A DNA stretch of 62,713 bases, filler included, from 6 parts of 6 records of this genome joined end to end with filler, not necessarily neighbours in it; one strand, 5' to 3'; positions 1 through 10,487 are shown, counted from the first letter of the whole stretch. Numbers and translations are program-made. Notes: generated from the letters alone by a model not told the origin.

Positions 1-61
1 GACTCGAACCCGCGACCCTCTGATTACAAATCAGATGCTCTACCAGCTGAGCTAAGCCGGC
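1..61 (-). tRNA. tRNA-Thr(UGU), 3' end truncated by window edge
   Basis: Reverse complement GCCGGCTTAGCTCAGCTGGTAGAGCATCTGATTTGTAATCAGAGGGTCGCGGGTTCGAGTC shows a D-arm, anticodon stem TCTGA/TCAGA around TGT, and a GTTCGA T-loop. Confidence 0.93.
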
Positions 62-430
62 CCATGAGGAAACCCGTCACTAATGGGAAGTTCGGCCGGA
101 TGCAAGCAGGTGCTCCACACCCAATCATCGAAGGCTGCGATTCCAGAGAGGCGATGGCCGTCCTCTGCCCCGGACCTGCCTTATTTGCCGCCAGAATTCT
201 CCTGATGCGCGAGATCATAGCAAGTCTAAGAGACTCACACCGATGATTTCAAAGGGTTTTACACGCTAATTGTGGAATCCTTTCAAATTCCTTGGCTCCG
301 CCTCATTCGCCCCGGTGGGCGCACATTTCAGCCGCAAACCAGGCCTATCCCTTTGTTCATGCAAGGGCACAGGAACCGGAAGAGTTCCCAGGAATTGATG
401 GAGCAAGAGATGAGCATGAAGGAGACCATC

Positions 431-910
431 ATGAAACGCACGCTGTTCGCTGCCGCAGGCCTCGGCCTAATAGGCGCCCTCGCTGCGCTGCCGGCTGTTT
501 CCGATGCCCCCAAACCGCCACCGGCAGAGCCTGTCTATGTCGCGCGCAAGCCAGTTTGCGAGGACATGAAACTGTCCATTTACTTCCCCGCCTACGAGAC
601 GATGCTATCGTCCTATTCCGTCCGCGCACTGAACGCGGCGACGAATAGCCTCGAAGGCTGTGCCGTTACCGACATCGACGTCGCCGTCGTGTCCGAAGAA
701 GCCCACACCGATGCCGAACTGGCGCAGCTGTCTGAAGCGCGCGCTGCCGCCGTCCTGCAGGCCTTGTCGGACCGCGGCGTCTTCGCCCCGCGCATCGAGA
801 CGAGCTTTCACGAAGTCAACGCCAACGCAGCCTCGGCAGAAGTTCCGGTGGAGCCGATGGCCCGCCGTGTCGATGTCAGCCTGGACGTAAAGCCGGTTTA
901 CGGCCTCTGA
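431..910 (+). CDS. Exported OmpA-C-like domain protein (degenerate)
   Basis: GGAG RBS at 421 before ATG 431; signal peptide MKRTLFAAAGLG; OmpA-like motifs IYF..., LSEARAAAV, ARRVDV. Confidence 0.65.
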   Translation: MKRTLFAAAGLGLIGALAALPAVSDAPKPPPAEPVYVARKPVCEDMKLSIYFPAYETMLSSYSVRALNAATNSLEGCAVTDIDVAVVSEEAHTDAELAQLSEARAAAVLQALSDRGVFAPRIETSFHEVNANAASAEVPVEPMARRVDVSLDVKPVYGL

Positions 911-973
911 GACCCATTTCCTTCCTACCTCCAAACCGGTGCAGGTCAGATCACCGCGCCTGCACCGCTAACT

Positions 974-1009
974 GCCCCGGACCGGCCCTGCCGTTCCGGG
1001 GCTTTTCTT
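974..1009 (+). terminator. Rho-independent terminator
   Basis: GCCCCGGA...TCCGGGGC stem followed by TTTTCTT. Confidence 0.7.
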
Positions 1010-1161
1010 ATGTTCCAGGACGCCAAGCCACTGTCCTGACGTGGGTTTTGTCTGCTCCATTTCTTTCATTTCCAGCAGTCCGCGTTAAAAGACAGGCTCC
1101 GCAGGGCTGGAAGGCCCGAATCGCGGCCCTGAAGGCTCAAAACGGAAAAGACTGACACCCA

Positions 1162-2898
1162 ATGACGCAATCCCGGCGCATCCTCGTCACCTCTGCCCTA
1201 CCGTACATCAACGGCGTCAAGCATCTCGGCAACCTGGCCGGCTCGATGCTCCCGGCTGACGTGTATTCCCGCGTGATGCGCCTGCTGGGCCATGACGTGA
1301 CCTATATTTGCGCCACGGATGAGCACGGCACGCCCGCCGAACTCGCCGCGCAGGCCGCAGGCGTCAGCGTTCAGGAATATTGCGACGAGCAGTACGAGAT
1401 TCAGCGCAAGGCCGGCGAAGGCTTCAGCCTGGCGTTCGACTGGTTCGGCCGCACCTCGCGTCCGGTGAACCACGCCGTGACCCAGCATCTCGCCCAGGCG
1501 CTGGAGAAGCAGGGCCTGATCGAGGAGCGGACGTCCAAACAGGTCTACTCCGTCGATGATGGCCGCTTCCTGCCGGACCGCTATGTCGAGGGCACCTGCC
1601 CGACCTGCGGCTTTGAAAAGGCACGCGGCGACCAGTGTGACAATTGCGGGCGCCTGCTCGACCCGGTGGACCTGATCGATCCGTATTCGGCGGTTTCCGG
1701 CAGCCGGAACATCGAGATCCGCGACACGAACCATCTCTACCTGCTGCAAGGCCAGATGCAGGACCGCATCCGCGAATGGGTGAAGAGCAAGGGCGCCCAG
1801 TGGCCGAGCCTCGCTGTCTCCATTGCCAACAAATGGCTGGATGAGGGCCTGATTGCCCGCTCCATTACGCGCGACCTCAGCTGGGGCGTCAAAGTGACGG
1901 ATAAGGACGGGAACCCGCGCCCGGGCTACGAAAACAAGGTCTTCTATGTCTGGTTCGATGCGCCGATCGGCTACATCTCCGCTACCCAGGAGTGGGCCGA
2001 AGCCACGGGCAAGGACTGGGAAAGCCTCTGGAAGACGGACAAGGGCGCCGATGAGGTCGAATACGTCCAGTTCATGGGCAAGGACAATGTCGCCTTCCAC
2101 ACCGTGTCCTTCCCGGTCACGCTGCTGGGTTGCGGCGAGCCGTGGAAGACGGTCGACAAGCTGAAAGCTTTCAACTGGGTCACCTGGTATGGCGGCAAGT
2201 TCTCCACCTCCATGAAGCGCGGCGTTTTCATGGACCAGGCGCTGGAACTGCTGCCGGCAGACTACTGGCGCTGGTACCTGATCTCCAACGCGCCCGAGGG
2301 CTCCGACGCCGCCTTCACCTGGGAAGGTTTCCAGGCGGCGGTGAATTCCGACCTTGCGAACGTGCTAGGCAATTTCGTGAACCGTATCACCAAGTACACC
2401 GCGTCCAAATTTGACGGACAGGTGCCGGATGCCGGAACACCGGGCGAAGCAGAGGCATGGATGGTGGCGGAGCTGAAAGAGCGCCTGCCCCGCCTGGTCG
2501 AGCATTATGAGGCGATGGAGTTCCGCAAGGCAGCCGCCGAAACCCGCGCGATCTGGGCTGCCGGAAATGAGTATCTCACCAAGGCAGAGCCATGGGTGAA
2601 GTACAAGACGGATGTGGATGCTGCCGCCATCGGCGTGCGCGCGGGCCTGAACCTTGCCGCCCTGTTCGGCATCATCGCCCAGCCGATCATTCCGGCCGCC
2701 GCGAAGAAGATCCTCGACGCGCTGAACATCCCCGAAGAAAACCGGAACTTCCCGGCGGCCGACGCAGACTTCGCCGGCCTGCTGGACGCCCTGCCGCACG
2801 GCATGGCGATCTCTCCGCCGGAGGTGCTGTTCCAGAAGATCGAGGATACCCAGGTCGCCGAATGGACCGAACGCTTCGGCGGCGGGAACGCTGGCTAG
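1162..2898 (+). CDS. metG: Methionine--tRNA ligase
   Basis: TSALPYING..HLGN (HIGH motif), zinc-knuckle CxxC pairs, YVWFDAPIGY, KFSTS (KMSKS motif). Confidence 0.97.
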   Translation: MTQSRRILVTSALPYINGVKHLGNLAGSMLPADVYSRVMRLLGHDVTYICATDEHGTPAELAAQAAGVSVQEYCDEQYEIQRKAGEGFSLAFDWFGRTSRPVNHAVTQHLAQALEKQGLIEERTSKQVYSVDDGRFLPDRYVEGTCPTCGFEKARGDQCDNCGRLLDPVDLIDPYSAVSGSRNIEIRDTNHLYLLQGQMQDRIREWVKSKGAQWPSLAVSIANKWLDEGLIARSITRDLSWGVKVTDKDGNPRPGYENKVFYVWFDAPIGYISATQEWAEATGKDWESLWKTDKGADEVEYVQFMGKDNVAFHTVSFPVTLLGCGEPWKTVDKLKAFNWVTWYGGKFSTSMKRGVFMDQALELLPADYWRWYLISNAPEGSDAAFTWEGFQAAVNSDLANVLGNFVNRITKYTASKFDGQVPDAGTPGEAEAWMVAELKERLPRLVEHYEAMEFRKAAAETRAIWAAGNEYLTKAEPWVKYKTDVDAAAIGVRAGLNLAALFGIIAQPIIPAAAKKILDALNIPEENRNFPAADADFAGLLDALPHGMAISPPEVLFQKIEDTQVAEWTERFGGGNAG

Positions 2899-3536
2899 GA
2901 CTCTCGGGAAGAAGCATCTTCGGCCTTGCCGCCGGACGCTTCATCCGATCCGGCCTCATCCTTTAAGTCTTCCCTCAGGGCGCGCAGCCGTTCCCGGTAG
3001 TGTTCGGCATCGCCATATTCCGAGAACCCGGCATAACGCGCATGCGTTCCGATCACGCGGCGTGCCTGCTTGATCGGACACCAGTATTGTTCGGTACGCG
3101 CGGCCACTTCCCGCACATAGGCGATGACACCGTTCGCATAGGAACAATAGGCGCAGTTCAGCTTCTCCATCGCATTCAGGTAAGCGAGGCTCTTGCGATC
3201 GAACACCAGATAGTCCCGGCGCCTGACCTGCGGGATGCCGTACACCCGGAAACAAATGGCCTGGTAAAGCGACACCCAAAGGTCCAGGATCACAAAGGCC
3301 ACGATCAGGGAATAGATCAGCGGCGCCGTCACCACGACCCAGAACCGTGCGCTCAACAGGTAGGGTATCAGGGCCTTGCGCAGCTCATGGTGCCTGCGGA
3401 TCACTTCCTGATCGAACAGGACACGGCCGCGTTCCATCCCATAACGGAAGCCCGCCCGCTTCTTGGAAAATTCCGCTTCAAGCTCCAGCTCAAGCTCATG
3501 AATCTTGCCGAGTATCCGGTCTGTGTAATCAGACAT
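2895..3536 (-). CDS. Conserved hypothetical membrane protein (CxxC and WCPIK motifs)
   Basis: 213-aa ORF with one hydrophobic segment, LNCAYCSYANG and EQYWCPIK; stop codon overlaps the metG stop. Confidence 0.75.
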   Translation of the reverse strand: MSDYTDRILGKIHELELELEAEFSKKRAGFRYGMERGRVLFDQEVIRRHHELRKALIPYLLSARFWVVVTAPLIYSLIVAFVILDLWVSLYQAICFRVYGIPQVRRRDYLVFDRKSLAYLNAMEKLNCAYCSYANGVIAYVREVAARTEQYWCPIKQARRVIGTHARYAGFSEYGDAEHYRERLRALREDLKDEAGSDEASGGKAEDASSRES

Positions 3537-3584
3537 GCTTTCCCGATGCTCCCAGTTTCTGGTGTTGGATCGGGACCGGACCGG

Positions 3585-4235
3585 TCACGACCGCCTGAGT
3601 AGGACCGACAGATTATTTGCCGGCATCTCGACAACTGACTTAAGGCTCAGCCCCGACGCTTTTGCCAAAGGCACGATTTGCCTGTCGAGATCACGCACGC
3701 CCCAGGCCGGGTCACGCGACTGAAGGTTTTCGCTGAACGCAGCATTTGACGGGGCGATCTCGCCATTACGGGCATAGGGCCCGTAGAGGAACAGATGCCC
3801 GCCCGGCTTCAATAGTCGCCCCGCGCCTCGCAGCAGGCCTTCCGTCGCCACAAAGGGCGAGATGTGGACCATGTTGATGGACACAATCAGGTCCCACACC
3901 TTGCCTTCCACTTCGCCCCAGTCATCGGACGAGGCGTCGATGACCAGCGGACCTGACAGCCGCTCATGCTCAGCTGCTTGTCGCCAGGCCTGCTGGCTGG
4001 CACGGCCGGCGGCATCGATGTCGGAGTAGGTCCAGCGCAGGTCAGGGAATGCGTCCGTCAGGAACGCGCCGTGCTCGCCCGTACCGGACGCAATTTCCAG
4101 AACGTTCCCGGCGGTCAGGTCATGCGCGGTGAAAACATTACGGATCGGTTCGCGGTTGCGCGCGGTGGAAGGCGCATAGCGGCGCCCGTCGCCACCGTCC
4201 GACCCGTCTTCGAGCGCGACCGGCTTCTCAGTCAT
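3585..4235 (-). CDS. DUF938 family SAM-dependent methyltransferase
   Basis: RNREPI, VLEIASGTGEH, INMVHISP, YGPY, SNAAF, WGVRD motifs; ATG overlaps the upstream stop. Confidence 0.88.
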   Translation of the reverse strand: MTEKPVALEDGSDGGDGRRYAPSTARNREPIRNVFTAHDLTAGNVLEIASGTGEHGAFLTDAFPDLRWTYSDIDAAGRASQQAWRQAAEHERLSGPLVIDASSDDWGEVEGKVWDLIVSINMVHISPFVATEGLLRGAGRLLKPGGHLFLYGPYARNGEIAPSNAAFSENLQSRDPAWGVRDLDRQIVPLAKASGLSLKSVVEMPANNLSVLLRRS

Positions 4236-5244
4236 TCGCCTGCTCGAAATCGTACATCTCGGTTGTGACCGATGCCTGGCCCATCGCATTGTAGCGCGGT
4301 CCCACGGCCCGCTCCGGTGCGAAGTACGCATCGAGACGCGCGACCTGTTCCGGCGTCAGGTTCACCTCCGCGGCGCGGTGGTTTTCTTCCAGATGCCCGA
4401 GGTTCGTCGTACCTGGAATAGGCAGCACATTCGGGCCCTTGGCCAGCGTCCAGGCGATGGCGAGTTGGGCAACGGAACAATCCGCCTCCTTCGCTACCGC
4501 TTTTGCTTCCTCGAGCAGAGGCAGGTTGCCGGCATAATTCTCGGCGTTGAAGCGCGGGAAGATGCTGAGGCGCATGTCTGATTCATGGAAGGTGGCCGGG
4601 TCTGCTGGCGGATCGGCAAGGAAGCCACGGCCAACCGGCGAGAACGCCACCAGTGCTGTGCCCAACTCCTCACAGGCCTGCATCACCGCGATTTCCGGAT
4701 TGCGCACCCAGAGGGAGTATTCCGACTGCATCGCCGCGATGGGATGCACCGCTGCCCCTCGCCGCAACTGCTCAGCGCCCATTTCCGAGAGGCCCGCGAA
4801 CCGGATCTTGCCTTCGGAGACAAGGTCCGCCAGCGCACCGACCGAGTCCTCGATCGGCACCTTCGGGTCAGGCCGGTGCAGGTAGTAGAGGTCGATAACG
4901 TCCGTCTTCAGACGTTTCAGGCTCGCCTCGCAGGCCGCCTTGATCACCTCCGGCCGGCCATCAAGGATGCGCTTGCCATCCCGGAAGCCCAGCACGCACT
5001 TGCTAGCGAGGAAGAAATCCTGCCGGTGAGACCCAAGGGCCTCACCGATCAGTTCCTCGCTCCGGCCGAAGCCGTACAGCGTCGCCGTATCGAAGAAATC
5101 GCACCCGAGATCGAAGGCCTTCACCAGAAGTACTTTGGCCTCGTCCTCCGGCAGCGGTGGCCCATAGGCATGGCAGATGTTCATGCAGCCAAGGCCGACC
5201 GGGTAAACTTCCCGGTCTCCGATCTTGCGACGTTGTACGCTCAT
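4228..5244 (-). CDS. Aldo/keto reductase
   Basis: GLGCM, DTATLYG, IDLYYLHR, GLSE, QSEYSL, FSPVGRG, PIPGT motifs. Confidence 0.93.
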   Translation of the reverse strand: MSVQRRKIGDREVYPVGLGCMNICHAYGPPLPEDEAKVLLVKAFDLGCDFFDTATLYGFGRSEELIGEALGSHRQDFFLASKCVLGFRDGKRILDGRPEVIKAACEASLKRLKTDVIDLYYLHRPDPKVPIEDSVGALADLVSEGKIRFAGLSEMGAEQLRRGAAVHPIAAMQSEYSLWVRNPEIAVMQACEELGTALVAFSPVGRGFLADPPADPATFHESDMRLSIFPRFNAENYAGNLPLLEEAKAVAKEADCSVAQLAIAWTLAKGPNVLPIPGTTNLGHLEENHRAAEVNLTPEQVARLDAYFAPERAVGPRYNAMGQASVTTEMYDFEQAND

Positions 5245-5248
5245 TCGA

Positions 5249-7000
5249 TTATCCCCGTGCTGTGAACCGCTCCCGCAGCTCGTTTTTCAGGATCTTGCCA
5301 TTGGCGTTGCGCGGCAGGGGCTCGTCCAGGAATTGGATCTCGACCGGCACCTTGAACGCGGCCAGCTGGTTGGCGACATGGGCACGCAGCTCATCCTCCG
5401 TCACGCTCATGCCGGGCTTCAGCTGCACGACAGCGCCGACTTCCTCACCCAACACCTTGTGCGGGATGCCGACAACAGCGGCGTCCATCACCGCCGGGTG
5501 GTCGTACAGCGCGCTTTCCACTTCGATGCTGTAGATGTTCTCGCCGCCGCGGATCAGCATGTCCTTGGCCCGGTCAACCAGGTAGAGGAAACCTTCCTCG
5601 TCAAGGCGCGCAAGGTCGCCCGTAACGACCCAGCCATTGCGGAACGTCTCAGCCGTTGCATCCGGGCGGTTCCAGTATAGCTTGCAGTTCGACGGGCTCT
5701 TGCACCACAGCTCGCCGACTTCGCCATCGGGCATCTCGTTCCCGTCCGGATCGCAGATTTTCAGCTCCACGGCTGCCGGCGGCGCCCCGGCACTTGTCGG
5801 CCGGTTCACATAGTCTTCGCCGATGTTCAGCGTGACAGTCGCACAGGTTTCCGTCATGCCCCAGCCATTGCCGGGGGCGGCGTTGGGCAGGCGGCGCTTG
5901 ATGGTGGATACAAGTTCGGGTGCAGACGGCGCACCACCATAGGAAACCACCTCAATCGAGGAGAGGTCATACTTGTCGCGATCCGGGTGCTCCAGCACTT
6001 GCCAGGCAATCGCCGGCACACCGCCGACACTGGTAATCCGTTCACGCTCGATGATCGGCAGGGCCTGACCCGCGTCCCATTTGTACATGGTGACGATCTT
6101 GTCGCCGCGTAGTGCGGTCGGGATCAGGATCGCGAAGGAACCGGTCGCATGGAAGAACGGGATCGACATCAGCGTCGCCCGCGAGACGTTTGGATCGGGC
6201 TCCGGAACGGCCTCGCCCTTCCGCAGATACATCCGGGCCGTGCAGGTCAGCGAATTGAACATGTTCGCGATCACGGCGCGGTGGGTCGCCAGCGCGCCTT
6301 TCGGCTTACCCGTCGTACCGGACGTGTACATGATCGTGGCATCGTCATCCGGACCAACATCCACCGCCGGCATGCCGAGCTCCGGGAGGTCAGCCCAGGA
6401 ATTGGCCGGGCCAATGGCGTCTTCCATGGAAGAGACGCACGGATGGTTGTGTTCGTCGCCGGGCTCGCGCGCGATGATCACGTGCTTCAGGTCCGGCAGG
6501 TCTTCCATATGCTCGTGGATGCGCTCGTAGATCTGCGGATCGACGACGGCAGCCTTCACGCCAGCGAAGGACAGGCCGTATTCCAGTTCCTCGCCGGTCC
6601 ACCAGGAGTTCATGGGTGTGGCAATCGCGCCGAGGCTGAGGGCCGCATAAAAGGCCACCGGCCATTGCGGATAGTTGCGCATGATCACGGCGACGCGATC
6701 GCCCTTGGTGATGCCGTACTTGTCGCGCAGCGCGGCAGCGAAGTTCTCCACCGCCCGCAGCATCGCCTTATAGGTCACCCGCTCATCCTGATAGACGATG
6801 TAGTCCCGGTCCGGGTGGGTCATCGCGGCCAGGAAAAGGATCGAGTGGATGTTCGGCGGCGCGTTCGTGTAGCCCTTCGACGGAATGCCATCGATGACCG
6901 TATCTTCCACCTCAACCGGGGAGCCGGCAGCGGCCAATGCGGCGTTGGCCTCGGCGATGGACATGGCGGGCCAATTTGGGGGAAGCAGCTCTGATGACAT
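5249..7000 (-). CDS. Long-chain acyl-CoA synthetase (class I adenylate-forming enzyme)
   Basis: YTSGTTGKPKG, GWGMTE, TGD, DRAKDMLIRGGENI, PRNANGKILK; GAGGA RBS before ATG 7000. Confidence 0.93.
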   Translation of the reverse strand: MSSELLPPNWPAMSIAEANAALAAAGSPVEVEDTVIDGIPSKGYTNAPPNIHSILFLAAMTHPDRDYIVYQDERVTYKAMLRAVENFAAALRDKYGITKGDRVAVIMRNYPQWPVAFYAALSLGAIATPMNSWWTGEELEYGLSFAGVKAAVVDPQIYERIHEHMEDLPDLKHVIIAREPGDEHNHPCVSSMEDAIGPANSWADLPELGMPAVDVGPDDDATIMYTSGTTGKPKGALATHRAVIANMFNSLTCTARMYLRKGEAVPEPDPNVSRATLMSIPFFHATGSFAILIPTALRGDKIVTMYKWDAGQALPIIERERITSVGGVPAIAWQVLEHPDRDKYDLSSIEVVSYGGAPSAPELVSTIKRRLPNAAPGNGWGMTETCATVTLNIGEDYVNRPTSAGAPPAAVELKICDPDGNEMPDGEVGELWCKSPSNCKLYWNRPDATAETFRNGWVVTGDLARLDEEGFLYLVDRAKDMLIRGGENIYSIEVESALYDHPAVMDAAVVGIPHKVLGEEVGAVVQLKPGMSVTEDELRAHVANQLAAFKVPVEIQFLDEPLPRNANGKILKNELRERFTARG

Positions 7001-7098
7001 GGGTTTCCTCGGGAAGGTTATATGGTTCGCGCCACACAACCACGCCGAAGCCCAAGTTTGAAGAGGCCATACCGTTACGACACCGGGATTTCGGTGGG

Positions 7099-7680
7099 TC
7101 ACCTGGCAGAAATAACAGCATCCAGACCCGTTTCAGGGTCAAACCGGCGCGGACGGGCCTTTATCGCCCATGAAAACAACAGGGGAAGGCTGATCAGTAT
7201 GATCCCGAGCTTCAGGATGACCGTCACACTAAAATTGCCATCTCCCAGAGGCAGTCCGAACAGGATCAGGGTAAGCAGAGAAAAGACCGCGAGAACGAAA
7301 ACCAGCATGAGCCAATAAAGCGCCGGTCGTTCACCTGCGCGGAAGTCCGCGTTCGGGTTCGCTTCTGCAACCCCCCGGACAACCGCGCGCACGAGAGGCA
7401 GGAACGTCTCATTGCGGGTCTCGAAATCGCTTATGGCACGGAAATGCATGTTGCTGAGTATGACCTGCGACCGGGTTCCGGAAAGCTCCATAAGGAACCG
7501 CTCGGATTGCAACCGGCCAGGCGCGAATGCCAACCGGACCTTCAGGACCTTTTCATAGGGAATGACCTGCTGCAGCGTGCCGCGCTCATCATACACTTCC
7601 ATGCGGTCCGGCAGGGCCTGCCAGACTATCTCGCCTTTTTCAAGGATCGACGATCGGCGCCGGTACTCCACTATATCCAT
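7099..7680 (-). CDS. Hypothetical membrane protein (soluble N-terminus, two C-terminal TM helices)
   Basis: ORF fits the operon between neighbours; two hydrophobic segments; start chosen at MDIVEY. Confidence 0.65.
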   Translation of the reverse strand: MDIVEYRRRSSILEKGEIVWQALPDRMEVYDERGTLQQVIPYEKVLKVRLAFAPGRLQSERFLMELSGTRSQVILSNMHFRAISDFETRNETFLPLVRAVVRGVAEANPNADFRAGERPALYWLMLVFVLAVFSLLTLILFGLPLGDGNFSVTVILKLGIILISLPLLFSWAIKARPRRFDPETGLDAVISAR

Positions 7681-7702
7681 GCCCAGCCCCCCTGGCTTGA
7701 AC

Positions 7703-8353
7703 TTACTTCCCGAAATCGCAGAAACGGAGTTCGTGATAGGTGCCGTCCGGCTCGGTGACGTCATAAGCCCGGCCGGTCAGGGAGTCGCCTTCGCACAGGT
7801 ACCCGATCTGGTACATGGCCAGCAGGGCCTCATTGTCCGGGGTCAGGTCGTTTGCCAGCATCAGGTCGATGGCGTCATCATGGCGGCCGAGTTCCATGAG
7901 GATATTGTACTTCTGCATCCGGGTCGTTTCAGGCTGGGCGAGCAGGGCATTCAGGGACGTCGCCTTGCCACGGGCGCTGTCCAGCATGGAAGCGGCCGCG
8001 GTGCTCCACTCGGTATCGCTATAGTCCGCCAGGATCTCCTCGAAGTCCTCGATTGCGCCCATCGTGTCATAGCCATGTTCACCAAGGCGCAGCTCACCCC
8101 GGCGATAAAGCACCTCTGCCAGCTGTTCACGGTCCAGTGACGGGTCGCCGGTCAGTTGGGTCAGCCGGTCGATCGCCGCCTGCGTGTTGCCTGCCGTCAC
8201 CAGTTCTTCGACGGTCTGCATCGCCAACTCGTAAGGCGATATGACCGTCGTCGTGGACACCGCCACAGCCGTTTCGGCTTCCGGTACAGGTGTTGAACTA
8301 CAGGCGGCCAGGACAAGGGCGGATGCGGCGGCGGCGAGGCTGAGGCGAATCAT
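7703..8353 (-). CDS. Lipoprotein with TPR-like helices
   Basis: Lipobox LAAC after signal peptide; AEVLYRRGELR TPR-like segment. Confidence 0.75.
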   Translation of the reverse strand: MIRLSLAAAASALVLAACSSTPVPEAETAVAVSTTTVISPYELAMQTVEELVTAGNTQAAIDRLTQLTGDPSLDREQLAEVLYRRGELRLGEHGYDTMGAIEDFEEILADYSDTEWSTAAASMLDSARGKATSLNALLAQPETTRMQKYNILMELGRHDDAIDLMLANDLTPDNEALLAMYQIGYLCEGDSLTGRAYDVTEPDGTYHELRFCDFGK

Positions 8354-8451
8354 GATCGGAAGCTCCGTACAGGCAGATTGAGGCAATGACCCTGTTGTTA
8401 GACGTGCAACACGTACCGCGGCAGGGCCGGATTGTGAATTTTGTGTGGTCT

Positions 8452-9093
8452 TTACGTCCCGGTGTCTTGCGGCTCCGCCTCCGCTCCGACCATTCCGGGC
8501 AGCGGATTGCACCAGGTGAGGCCGTCCAGCCAGTCGAGCGTGTCACCAGCGCCCTGCACAGGTCCACCTGCCCCGTCCGGTCCGCAAATGAAGCCCGCAT
8601 CCTTCAGCTTTTGGGTTTGCGTTTCATCGGGACTGATCCCGGCTTTCTGATATCGCCACGCCGGCGCGTCGCGCTCGCCAAGCGTCCATGAGACATCGAA
8701 CCATTGCGGCAGGGTCAGCATGTAGCTGAGGCGCGGCTCCAGCGCTTCAAGGTCCGAGCGTGCTAGGTCCAGTTCGATTTCTGCCTGCCCGGCGCGCTGA
8801 TGCTCCGGCGCGAGCGCAAGCATCGCTTCAAGGTCCGCAGCGGCTCCGCGCCGGTCATCCCCGGCAAGGCGCCGCAGGCTGCCTCGCTGGTAGAGCGCCT
8901 CTGCCCGCTCCTCAGTCTTCAGCTTGGGATCGGCGAGCAGCGCCGTCAGGGCCGCATCCACTTCATAGGGATTGCCTGCCGCTTCAGCGGCGGCGAGGCG
9001 GTCTGCAAAGGGCAGGGCCGGCTCTGGCGCCGTGGCGCAGGCGGCAGCGACGGCCAGCATCAAGGCCGCCAGGCAGGAACGATATGAACGCAT
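8452..9093 (-). CDS. Lipoprotein with TPR-like helices (paralogue of the downstream gene)
   Basis: Lipobox AAAC; AEALYQRGSLR segment alignable by eye with the 7703-8353 product. Confidence 0.72.
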   Translation of the reverse strand: MRSYRSCLAALMLAVAAACATAPEPALPFADRLAAAEAAGNPYEVDAALTALLADPKLKTEERAEALYQRGSLRRLAGDDRRGAAADLEAMLALAPEHQRAGQAEIELDLARSDLEALEPRLSYMLTLPQWFDVSWTLGERDAPAWRYQKAGISPDETQTQKLKDAGFICGPDGAGGPVQGAGDTLDWLDGLTWCNPLPGMVGAEAEPQDTGT

Positions 9094-9174
9094 GAGAGCA
9101 CCTAACCGGGCTTCGCCCGGCCTCGCAAATTGCATTTCAGTTAGGCGCTGACTCTGGCGATTTTCAGGCTTTCG

Positions 9175-10387
9175 CTAGGCTCTGGCGAGGCGCTCGATCT
9201 CAGCCAGGTCACCGCGCCCAAGGGCCTCGATGGCACGGGCTGCAATGTGCCGGGCATTGAGGCCGGCGGCCTCATACATGTTGTAAGGCGTATCCTGATC
9301 CTGAAACTCGTCCGGCAGGGTCATCGGCCGGATCTTCAGTCCACTGTCGAGCCCGCCGCCGCGCGCCAGGTATTCCAGGACGAAACTGCCGAAGCCGCCC
9401 ATGGCGCCTTCCTCAATCGTGATCAGGACTTCATGGTCTTTCGCAAGCCGGTCAACCAGGTCCGTGTCCAGCGGCTTGGCGAACCGGGCATCGGCGACCG
9501 TGGCCGACAGTCCCTGTGCGGCCAGCATGTCAGCCGCCTTCATCGCTTCGCCGAGGCGCGCGCCATACGACAGGATCGCGACAGCTGTACCTTCGCGGAT
9601 CACCCGGCCCTTGCCGATTTCCAGCGGGGTCAGGACTTCCGGCATATCCACGCCAACGCCTTCGCCGCGCGGATAGCGGAATGCGCTCGGCCGGTCGTAG
9701 ATTTCCAGCGAAGTCAGCACCATGCGGGCCAGTTCCGCCTCATCTCCTGCCGCCATGCAGATCATGCCCGGCAGCGCGCCAAGATAGCCGATGTCGAAAC
9801 TGCCGGCATGGGTCGCCCCGTCGGCGCCGACCAGGCCTGCCCGGTCGATCGCGAAGCGGACCGGCAGTTTCTGGATGGCCACGTCATGGACAACCTGATC
9901 GTAGCCCCGCTGAAGGAAAGTCGAATAGATTGCGCAGAACGGCTTCAGCCCGTCTGCCGCAAGGCCTGCCGCGAAAGTGACGGCGTGCTGTTCGGCGATG
10001 CCGACATCGAAATGCCGATCAGGATATTTTGCAGCGAAGATGTCTGTGGACGTACCCGATGGCATCGCCGCCGTGATCGCGCAGATCTTGTCGTCCTTCT
10101 CTGCCAGCTGCGTCAGCGTCTGGCCGAAGACCTTCTGGTAAGCCGGCGCCTTCGGTTTCGGCTTCGCCTGCTCGCCTGTTATGACTGAGAATTTCGAGAC
10201 GCCGTGATATTTGTCGGCAGAGTTTTCCGCCGGGGCGTAGCCCTTGCCCTTTTGCGTCACGACGTGGATCAGGATCGGCCCGTCCCGCATCGCCTGCACG
10301 TTCTCGAGGATCGGGATCAGCACGTCGAGATCATGCCCGTCGATCGGGCCGACATAGTAGAAGCCGAGTTCCTCGAACAGCGTGCCG
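9175..10387 (-). CDS. dxs: 1-deoxy-D-xylulose-5-phosphate synthase (5' truncated)
   Basis: [47 protein letters not shown]. Confidence 0.96.
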
Positions 10388-10487
10388 NNNNNNNNNNNNN
10401 NNNNNNNNNNNNNNNNNNNNNNNNNNNNNNNTTAATTAATTAANNNNNNNNNNNNNNNNNNNNNNNNNNNNNNNNNNNNNNNNNNNN
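10388..10487. other. Artificial contig linker
   Basis: N44-TTAATTAATTAA-N44. Confidence 0.99.

Noticed and set aside
10432-10443. Recurring TTAATTAATTAA palindrome (five copies)
   Set aside because: Always centred in N runs; an artificial six-frame stop linker, not a biological repeat
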